NCBI GenBank assembly: GCA_965222115.1
Contig: CBDCTJ010000007.1
Location: forward strand, 800,001-864,000
Length of the DNA: 64,000 bases
Direction: 5' to 3'
Source of the DNA: Planctomycetota bacterium
GTDB taxonomy: Bacteria; Planctomycetota; PLA2; JAEUHO01
Made by a program: the position numbers and the translations under genes. Shown here in pieces: positions 56,692 through 64,000 of this stretch. The first letter of the stretch is position 1. The number at the start of each line of letters is the position of its first letter. The notes beneath the pieces were generated by a model. It worked only from the letters and a program-made list of their open reading frames with translations. It ran no database searches and had not been told where the DNA came from.

Positions 56692-58616
56692 TGTGGCTCG
56701 CAGGCAAGTGCGCGCAACGAAGCCACCACCTGTTCGTCACCGAGCGCGCGACGAAAGGCGCGTACACCGCGTGTATCCCACGCCGATAAAAGCACGGCAA
56801 AGTCCAACTGTTCGCTGCGCCAGGCAATTGACTTGAGTCCCTGTGCTTCTGCTGCAGAAACCAGACACACGCCAAAGTCCGCGCGACCCGACGCGACGGC
56901 GCCCGCTACGGCAGTGTGCGAACGATAGGCGCTCTCCCATCCCGGGACGGCAGTTTGATCGACTTCTCGGTTTGATAAGAACTCATCAATTAGTGCACGC
57001 GTGCCGCTCCCCGGATTGCGGTTGGCAAAGCGCAGGCCGCCGGTCGCGAATGCACGTGCGAGGTCGTCGTCAGTATCGCTACATTCAAAGTGATCCTTGT
57101 GTTCTGCGCGATACGCAATCACCTGAGCGCGGTTGTACCCTCGAAGCAGCCGCGTTCCGTTTGGCAAGAACGGCACATTCCACTCGTTCTTGTCGGGATC
57201 AAGTAGGTGAATGGGCGCAAGATCGCATCCACCGTCTGCGATCATTGCTAGGCCGCCGCGGGAGCCCAACGTCATGGTCTTTATAGTCAGCGGTGAATCT
57301 TGCGAGCGCAAGTGTTTGCAGATCGACTCGACACCTAAGCAGTGACTACCCGCGATGGTCAAGTCAGGAGCCGCGGCAGTCATTCCGGTCAATGTGACGC
57401 GCACACGTGTGCCTGCTTCCAAGTACTCTTGTGCCAAAGGAATTTCGACGAAGCCTTCCGCACGCGCAAACGCCGTTACGGCTCCCGACCCTTTGGCGAG
57501 CGGAACCGCGAGCATGTCGTCGCCGCGCGAAAGCAATGTGACGAGTTGACAGTGGGCGCGGCCAACCACTGATTGCAGATGCGAGGTCAGTGTGGCCATG
57601 ACCGTGTGGGCGCGCGCCTGATGACTGCCCATACACCATGTGAGCACCGGTGCCACGATCGTGTGAAACGTGAAGATGGCGGACGTCGGGAAGCCCGGCA
57701 AGATCGCGACTGGTTTGCCTTCCACGGTTGCCAAACAGAGTGGTTTGCCAGGCTTTAGGGCCACGCCATGTGCCGCAATGGATCCAAGTTCCTCAACCAT
57801 GCGATAGGTCAGGTCGCCTTCGCCCTTGGATGTGCCACCGCTGAGTAGCACCGCGTCAAAGCGAGCCGTCGCGTCGTGAAGTGCAGTGCGAAGCGCGGCT
57901 TCGTCGTCGCCAACAACGCCAAGGTAGTGCCCGTATGCGCCCATCTCGCGTAGCGCGTCGGCAAGCAATACGCCGTTCACATCGTGCACCTGCCCAAGCG
58001 CAAGTGGTTGCCCTGGTGGAACGATTTCGTCACCGGTTGAAAGCACAGCTACGCGAAATCGTGCGCGGCACGCGACCTTGTCAATGCCACACGCAGCGAG
58101 CATGCCGGTTTCGCGTGCGCTCAAACGGTTCCCCGCCGCCACGATCAGCTCGCCTTGCGTCAAGTCGCCCCCGGCGAGCCCAATGTGGTTCCCCGGAACG
58201 GCGGCCCGTGTGATGACAACATGACTCTCCTCGATGTGCGTGTCTTCGACCATCACAACGGCGTTGGCGCCTCGCGGTATGGCCCCGCCGGTTGCGATGG
58301 CCATGGCGGTGGCGGGCGAAAGTGAAGCATCGGGGGCAATGCCCGCCGGAATCGACACGGGCGAAAGAGGCAGCCGGACGGGTGTTCCTTCTTCGGCGCC
58401 AAACGTAGATTGCGCATCTACGGCGAAACCATCCACGCGTGATCGATCGAACACAGGAACGTTGTTGGGAGCAACGACATCGGCGGCAGCGATCCGACCC
58501 CACGCGTCCTCGAGTGAAACAACCTCCGCCGGGCGTAGAGGGTGCCGCACCGCACGCTTCCACGCGTTGATTGCGTCATCGGGTCTCAAAACATGAAGGA
58601 ACTGCTGTTGATGCAC
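56688..58616 (-). CDS. moeA: Molybdopterin molybdotransferase MoeA fused to periplasmic-binding-protein-like domain
   Basis: 'P.FDRS.VDGFAV', 'IATGG.IP.GA.AVVMVE', 'STGDE', 'SGGTSKG', 'KPGKP', 'LPGFP.SA'. C-terminal 'GSHC..GSRGGL...NRNPGSGTR'. Confidence 0.92.
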   Translation of the reverse strand: MHQQQFLHVLRPDDAINAWKRAVRHPLRPAEVVSLEDAWGRIAAADVVAPNNVPVFDRSRVDGFAVDAQSTFGAEEGTPVRLPLSPVSIPAGIAPDASLSPATAMAIATGGAIPRGANAVVMVEDTHIEESHVVITRAAVPGNHIGLAGGDLTQGELIVAAGNRLSARETGMLAACGIDKVACRARFRVAVLSTGDEIVPPGQPLALGQVHDVNGVLLADALREMGAYGHYLGVVGDDEAALRTALHDATARFDAVLLSGGTSKGEGDLTYRMVEELGSIAAHGVALKPGKPLCLATVEGKPVAILPGFPTSAIFTFHTIVAPVLTWCMGSHQARAHTVMATLTSHLQSVVGRAHCQLVTLLSRGDDMLAVPLAKGSGAVTAFARAEGFVEIPLAQEYLEAGTRVRVTLTGMTAAAPDLTIAGSHCLGVESICKHLRSQDSPLTIKTMTLGSRGGLAMIADGGCDLAPIHLLDPDKNEWNVPFLPNGTRLLRGYNRAQVIAYRAEHKDHFECSDTDDDLARAFATGGLRFANRNPGSGTRALIDEFLSNREVDQTAVPGWESAYRSHTAVAGAVASGRADFGVCLVSAAEAQGLKSIAWRSEQLDFAVLLSAWDTRGVRAFRRALGDEQVVASLRALACEPQ

Positions 58617-58716
58617 GAAACGACCGCCGCCGAGGAAAGCAATGCGTACTGTCCTTCGAGCCTGGAGGACGCGCAAGCGCCGATACCATAGGCGTCAATT
58701 CCGGTTGGAGTTCCCC

Positions 58717-61284
58717 TTGCACCGCACGAGTTCTCTAAGCAGCGCTGATTCCTTGAACGGCAGGTTTCACCGATTCGTCCTGGGCGCTCTCTGCCTGTTC
58801 GTCACAGCATGCGGTGCGGGCGGTGGTGGAGGCAGTGGCAGTTCGCGTCCAGTGCCTCCGCCCGAGGGCAACCGCGATGGGCTGCGCGGTGCGGTATTCG
58901 TCGAAGATCTTTTTCTCGGTCGCGCCCACGAGGCCGAACCCAACAACACGCCGGACCAGCCGTTTCATGTGGCGCCGCTCTTCGCAGGCTCTCAGGTTGA
59001 GATTGCGGGCACCATGGGCGAGTCCGATGAGGCCTATGGTGCCGCCGACGCCGACGACGTACTGCGGATTCACTGCGCAAGTGATACCGATGCGCTCATG
59101 GAGCTACGCTGGGACCTGCTGGACCCCATTGGCGGGCTTGACAATGAGATCGAGGCAGAAGTTCGACTTGCCAGCTCGGGGGCGTTGGTCGACACGTTCG
59201 TGCCCACTGCAAACATGTCCACCGTCGCCGTGTCGCTCATGGCCAATGTCCACTACGACATTGTGCTGCATATGGCAAGCGGCCACGCCAGCTACGTATT
59301 GAGCGTCACGTGCAATCGACCGCTTATTCCCAAACCAAGCCTGTCCGCCCAAGAAGCGGCATCGAACGTATCAGTACCGGTAGCGCCGCTCGACAGATGC
59401 GCAACAGAACACGTGCTGGTTCGTTTTCGCGCTACATGTGATCCGCACGAGTTTTGCCAACGGCACGGCTTACATCTTGGTCGTAGACTTGGCACCGGCA
59501 GTTATCTCATTGGCATAGCGCCGGATCCATCGCGTACTGAAGCAGACGTTGCGCGCCTTTGCAAGCGGCTTGCGGCTTACACATCGGATATCGCCCATGC
59601 CGAGCCCGACTGGGTCTTACGCACTCTGTCGATTCCCGATGACCCCCTGTTTCATCGTCAACACAACCTGCGCCAAGTAAGCGCGCCGCCGGCATGGGAC
59701 ATCACCACCGGTGACGCGGGTGTCATCGTTGCGATTATCGATAGTGGCATTACGGCGCATCCCGATCTTGATGATCGCGTGGTAGACGGATACGACTTCG
59801 TGAGCCATCCCGGGCGCGGTGCCGATGGTGACGGTCGCGATCCGGATCCCACCGACATGGGGGACCAAGTGGCCTCATCGGGTTTGTCCACGTGGCATGG
59901 AACGAACGTTGCAGGCGTTGTGGCGGCCACACAAGACAACGGTGTCTTTATCTCGGGTGTTGCGCCGGGCGTGTCGATCATGCCACTGCGTGTGATCGGC
60001 GGGGGCGGCGGCACCGTGAGTGATTCGGTGGATGCGATTCTGTATGCGGCCGGTCTCTTTGAAACGCACGACGGCATGCAGCTTTCGACGCCCGTTGACG
60101 TGATCAATCTATCGTTGGGCTCCACGACCTTTTCGTCAGACCTTCGCGACGCGTGCAATCGCGCGGAAGCGGAAGGCGTCATCGTTGTTGCGGCGGCAGG
60201 AAATGACGGCGGTGCGGTCAACTATCCCGCCGCGTTCGCCTCCGTGATTGCCGTGGGTGCGTGCGATGAACGAAACGACGTGACGAGTTATTCCAGTCGC
60301 GGTCCGGAAATCGAGGTTGTGGCACCGGGCGGTGTCTATGCACACGATCTGAGTGGCGATGGGTGGGTGGATGTGATTCCCACCACATCACCCGATGCCA
60401 CGCTTGAGCCTCAACACCCGTCGGTGATTGGTGTGGCGGGCACGAGTGTGTCGGCGCCGCTCGTCGCGGGTGCTGCCGCGTTGCTGCGATCGCTCGACTC
60501 GACGCTAACGCCTGCACAAGTTCGCGTCTATCTACAGGTGTCGGCGTTTGATCTCGAAACAACGGGTCGCGATGATGCGTCGGGGCACGGCTTGTTGCAA
60601 GTGCATCGTGCCTTGGCTGCGCTGATGGACGATGCGGGTACACCGGTCACGATTCCCGATGCATTGCGCGTGGGGCAACAGAGTGTTTCATTTCCCGGCT
60701 ACATCGGCGTGCGAGACGTGTCGCTCTACAATGACGGCACGGGGCAATTCACACTTGACAGCGTTGACGTTACTACCGACGACGGTTTTCCGTGGTTGAT
60801 CGCAGCGCTTGAAGACGCGGATCCCACAGGGTCAATCAGTCACAAGACGCTTCGCATCGAAGTGGATGGCACGGTGATTCCTCCTACACCCGATACGCGC
60901 TTTAGCGGCGTTGTAACGATCGTGGGCGGTCCGTCCGGCGATGTGCTTGCCCACCTGCGCGTTTCGCTCCTTGGTGACGACCGCTTGCGATTGGGTGCCG
61001 CCATGCAAGTGGCATTGACACCGGCTGACTCCACAATCCCGCTGCGCTCCACACGCGCGCTACCCGACCAGGGCTATCGATACTGGTTCCGCAATATGTC
61101 GTCGGGTGCCTATCGCTTGATTGCGGGGGAGGACGGCGACGGCGACGGGCAAGTGTGTGAGTTTGGCGACGTCTGTGGGTGGTACGGCGGCGTCGCCATA
61201 GATGACGCAATTCCCGTGGACTTCGTTATGGGCCAGCCGCCCGTCGAGGGTCTGCATATCTTCACCGAGGTCTTGGGGCCGTAG
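58717..61284 (+). CDS. S8 subtilisin-like serine peptidase (probable lipoprotein)
   Basis: Triad 'AIIDSG', 'WHGTNVAG', 'GTSVSAPLVAG'. Oxyanion motif 'AAGND'. Lipobox 'VTAC'. Start uncertain (GGAG before TTG 58717). Confidence 0.9.
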   Translation: MHRTSSLSSADSLNGRFHRFVLGALCLFVTACGAGGGGGSGSSRPVPPPEGNRDGLRGAVFVEDLFLGRAHEAEPNNTPDQPFHVAPLFAGSQVEIAGTMGESDEAYGAADADDVLRIHCASDTDALMELRWDLLDPIGGLDNEIEAEVRLASSGALVDTFVPTANMSTVAVSLMANVHYDIVLHMASGHASYVLSVTCNRPLIPKPSLSAQEAASNVSVPVAPLDRCATEHVLVRFRATCDPHEFCQRHGLHLGRRLGTGSYLIGIAPDPSRTEADVARLCKRLAAYTSDIAHAEPDWVLRTLSIPDDPLFHRQHNLRQVSAPPAWDITTGDAGVIVAIIDSGITAHPDLDDRVVDGYDFVSHPGRGADGDGRDPDPTDMGDQVASSGLSTWHGTNVAGVVAATQDNGVFISGVAPGVSIMPLRVIGGGGGTVSDSVDAILYAAGLFETHDGMQLSTPVDVINLSLGSTTFSSDLRDACNRAEAEGVIVVAAAGNDGGAVNYPAAFASVIAVGACDERNDVTSYSSRGPEIEVVAPGGVYAHDLSGDGWVDVIPTTSPDATLEPQHPSVIGVAGTSVSAPLVAGAAALLRSLDSTLTPAQVRVYLQVSAFDLETTGRDDASGHGLLQVHRALAALMDDAGTPVTIPDALRVGQQSVSFPGYIGVRDVSLYNDGTGQFTLDSVDVTTDDGFPWLIAALEDADPTGSISHKTLRIEVDGTVIPPTPDTRFSGVVTIVGGPSGDVLAHLRVSLLGDDRLRLGAAMQVALTPADSTIPLRSTRALPDQGYRYWFRNMSSGAYRLIAGEDGDGDGQVCEFGDVCGWYGGVAIDDAIPVDFVMGQPPVEGLHIFTEVLGP

Positions 61285-61320
61285 CCCCACCGTCGGACGC
61301 ATTTATGGCAAGATGGCCGC

Positions 61321-61890
61321 ATGAAGATCTATACCCGACGGGGCGACGACGGCTCAACCGGCTTGATCGGTGGCGTGCGTGTAAGCAAGGCGCATCCGCG
61401 CGTGGATGCGTATGGCACGGTGGATGAACTTAACTCCGTACTGGGTTGGGTACGCACCGCTGCGATTCCCGATGCCGTCGATCTGGAATTGGCCCATGCG
61501 CAGGCGTGCCTCTTTGAACTTGGTGCCTCCTTGGCCACACCCGACAAGGCGCCCGCGGGGTGTGATGCACTGCGTGACGACGACATCGATCGATTGGAGG
61601 CTTCCATTGATGTGATGGAAGCATCGCTCGCGCCACTCAAGAGTTTCGTATTGCCGGGAGGAAACGAGGCCGCGTCGAGACTTCATATCGCGCGAACGGA
61701 ATGCCGCCGAGTTGAGCGGTTGTTGGTTGCGCTCGCGGGAACCGAGGCGCTTGATCCCCTTTGCGTCCGATGGATGAATCGTCTATCGGACATGCTGTTT
61801 GTCGCCGCACGCTACGCCAATCACGAGGACGGTGTGGATGATGTCCCGTGGATCGCACGAAGCGATGATGCAGGCACCCATGACGGATAG
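61321..61890 (+). CDS. pduO: ATP:cob(I)alamin adenosyltransferase (PduO type)
   Basis: 'KIYTRRGDDGSTGL', 'AYGTVDELNS', 'FVLPGG', 'ARTECRR.ER', 'NRLSD.LF'. Confidence 0.95.
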   Translation: MKIYTRRGDDGSTGLIGGVRVSKAHPRVDAYGTVDELNSVLGWVRTAAIPDAVDLELAHAQACLFELGASLATPDKAPAGCDALRDDDIDRLEASIDVMEASLAPLKSFVLPGGNEAASRLHIARTECRRVERLLVALAGTEALDPLCVRWMNRLSDMLFVAARYANHEDGVDDVPWIARSDDAGTHDG

Positions 61891-62884
61891 CCCATCCGGC
61901 AGTGACACGCAATTTCTGTGCGTACCGTGTGAACATCATCGGCTTGTTCGAGTTACGGGCAGCGATGCCACCTCCTACTTACAACGCATGTTGACGCAGG
62001 ATGTCGAATCCATGGCCGTGGGCGAGGTGCGCTACGCCTGTTTTCTGAATCCCAAGGGTCGCACCCTCGGTCTCTTTCGAGTCTGGCGTCATGACGCGTT
62101 TTGGTGGCTCGACGGAGATCTCGAGTCCATGAAAGGCGCGATTCCCGCTCTGGAACGCTATGTCATTACGGATGACGTAACGTTTCAGCGCGAACCGTCC
62201 GATGCGTTTCTCATGCAGCTTATCGGTTCACGAATAGCCGATCACGTTCGAGAGACGTTGTCCAGGGACGTACCTGCACCCGGCACGTTCGTACATGTTT
62301 CGCTCGAAGGCGAAACTGAACTCACGTTTGCCCGCGTTGACATGAGCGCAACCGAACGGTATGTGGCGTGGACCACACTCAGTCCCGACCATGCACTCGC
62401 AACGGCGTGGAGTGAACGAGGCATGGTCATGGGCGAGGCGTCCATGCTCGAGGTGCTGCGCGTGATTGCGATGCATCCGCGCTATGGTCATGAACTTGGC
62501 GAGCACGCGCTGTTCAACGAGGCCTACTTTGACGAAGCCGTGTCGTGGACCAAGGGTTGTTACCCCGGACAGGAACCGGTCACCATGGCGCGCCACCGCG
62601 GGCGCCCCCCGCGTCGTCTTGTGTGCCTTGCGATTCAAGATGAGGCGTGGTCTCAACGCGATACGCTGCTTGTCGATGGGCGTCGCGTTGGCGAGGTCAC
62701 ATCGGTCGTGTTTGTTGCTCCACCCGGCGCCCCACGGCCGGGATTCGCGCTCGCGTTGCTGCAGCACGATCGCGCCATCATTCACCAAGACGTTGAAGGT
62801 GAACACGGGGCGCAGGCGCGTGTAGTATCCGTGCGCGGTGCCGAGGATGCGTCGAGCACCGCCGTGAATGGAGATCCCGCATGA
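61880..62884 (+). CDS. ygfZ: YgfZ/GcvT-family folate-binding protein
   Basis: 'VTGSDA..YLQ..LTQDV' and signature 'KGCYPGQE'. Confidence 0.85.
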   Translation: MTDSPSGSDTQFLCVPCEHHRLVRVTGSDATSYLQRMLTQDVESMAVGEVRYACFLNPKGRTLGLFRVWRHDAFWWLDGDLESMKGAIPALERYVITDDVTFQREPSDAFLMQLIGSRIADHVRETLSRDVPAPGTFVHVSLEGETELTFARVDMSATERYVAWTTLSPDHALATAWSERGMVMGEASMLEVLRVIAMHPRYGHELGEHALFNEAYFDEAVSWTKGCYPGQEPVTMARHRGRPPRRLVCLAIQDEAWSQRDTLLVDGRRVGEVTSVVFVAPPGAPRPGFALALLQHDRAIIHQDVEGEHGAQARVVSVRGAEDASSTAVNGDPA

Positions 62885-63267
62885 CCTCAAAAGAGGACGA
62901 AAAGAAAGCTGCCGCGGAAGCCAAGGCCGCAGCCGAAGCGCGTGTCGCCAACCACGAGTTTGCGTCCCTTCTGTCGCGCGCCATCAAGGCACATCCCGTA
63001 CTCAAGGGTGAAAAGAAACTCCAGATCGACGTCGAAGACGGGCTCCCTAAGCTCTCCGGCACCGTCTTCACGCTCGACATGTATCGCCAACTTATCGAAC
63101 TCTTGAAGCGCCTCGGCGACGAAGACACCCACGTCATCTTCGAAGTCGAACCCGAAATGAAGCCCCCCGCCGCCCGCGAACTCATCGGCAAAGTCCCCGC
63201 CGTCTCTCCCGGCGCCGGCGCAGCCAAACGCAATTTCAGTGTCTACCATTTGCCGCAGCGAGGATAA
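62881..63267 (+). CDS. Small hypothetical protein, BON-like
   Basis: 'AIKAHP.L.....QIDVEDG.PKLSGTV' resembles a BON domain. ATGA overlap with ygfZ. Confidence 0.5.
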   Translation: MTSKEDEKKAAAEAKAAAEARVANHEFASLLSRAIKAHPVLKGEKKLQIDVEDGLPKLSGTVFTLDMYRQLIELLKRLGDEDTHVIFEVEPEMKPPAARELIGKVPAVSPGAGAAKRNFSVYHLPQRG

Positions 63268-63393
63268 TAGCGCCGGCTGAGTTTCTATGGTCGGCGGCTA
63301 CCGTCTACGGTTAGGTGTGGGGATGTCCCCCCGTGGCCGTAGCGTGTGCCTATGGAGATCGCGGAGGATAATTCCAGCGCAGCCCAGCAAGGG

Positions 63394-64000
63394 ATGCGAT
63401 TCTATGCACACACGAGAGCGGATGCGCCGTCTTCGACTTGGCAGCCACTTGAAGATCATCTTCTTGGTGTAAGCAGGCGGGCCGCCGAGTTCGCATCAAA
63501 GTTTGGGGCTTCTTCTTGGGGTGCTTTGGCGGGGCTGTGGCATGACCTTGGAAAGTACTCACACGAGTTTCAAGCCTACCTAAAGTCCGCGGGTGCAGAT
63601 TCACATCAGGCCGAAGTCATTTCTGGACGCCGCGGCAAGATCGATCACTCGTCCGCTGGATCTCAACATGCGGTAGCGCGGTTTGGTCTGCCGGGGTACC
63701 TACTGGCATTTGTGATCGCCGGTCATCACTCTGGGCTGCATGACGCAATTAGCGGTCAACGCGCTTCGCTTGATACAAGGCTAAAAAAGGACGTTCTGGA
63801 TTGGTCGAGCGCCCCGAGCAGCATTGTGGATCGCGCACGCCCGGAGTTTCCTGATCAGGTCGCGCAGTCAATTCGGCAGTGTAGCGAAGATGGCCTCGCG
63901 GCAGCACTTTGGGTGCGTATGCTCTTCTCATGTCTGATTGACGCAGACCGATTGGACACTGAAGCTTTCTCTACTCCACATGATGCCCTTCTTCGATCTC
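63394..64000 (+). CDS. cas3: CRISPR-associated Cas3 HD nuclease domain (type I-C-like), truncated by the window end
   Basis: Manual translation: MRFYAHT...WQPLEDHL..V...A..FA......LAGLWHDLGKYS.EFQAYL...IDHSSAG...IAGHHSGL...RMLFSCLIDADRLDTEAF. No stop before 64000, so it is absent from the ORF track. Confidence 0.93.
   Translation, partial: MRFYAHTRADAPSSTWQPLEDHLLGVSRRAAEFASKFGASSWGALAGLWHDLGKYSHEFQAYLKSAGADSHQAEVISGRRGKIDHSSAGSQHAVARFGLPGYLLAFVIAGHHSGLHDAISGQRASLDTRLKKDVLDWSSAPSSIVDRARPEFPDQVAQSIRQCSEDGLAAALWVRMLFSCLIDADRLDTEAFSTPHDALLRS

Overview
GC-rich bacterial chromosome segment, probably Planctomycetota (inferred from two HEAT-repeat/VWA proteins, a prenyltransferase-repeat protein, a DUF1573 protein, a long-insert signal peptidase and an orphan secretin). 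Much of it is housekeeping: truB, DEAD-box helicase, pepP, trxA, acyl-CoA synthetase, uppP, mscS, moeA/mobA, pduO, ygfZ and three tRNAs. Highlights: (1) a regulatory block at 15.4-22.4 kb with a PadR-like wHTH + HAAS-like + signal peptidase I fusion upstream of an ECF sigma/anti-sigma/DUF3106-like trio, then a c-di-GMP-I riboswitch in front of a FliA/WhiG sigma factor; (2) a tRNA-Gly(CCC) hotspot with an interrupted tRNA-like copy upstream, a 3x16-bp repeat, a ~5 kb integrase-less island bounded by a 29-bp tRNA 3'-end duplication, and GTGCCWGGCAC palindromic repeats bracketing ~10 kb; (3) a Cys-rich MacB-like ABC system, with a methyltransferase and a Cys-Cys-tailed aquaporin nearby, suggesting metal(loid) handling; (4) a Tat-less molybdopterin oxidoreductase complex near MoeA-PBP and MobA-MoaD fusions; (5) the start of a type I-C-like cas3 at the right edge, missing from the ORF track. 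No CRISPR array is visible. All family assignments come from recognising motifs by eye, not from database searches.
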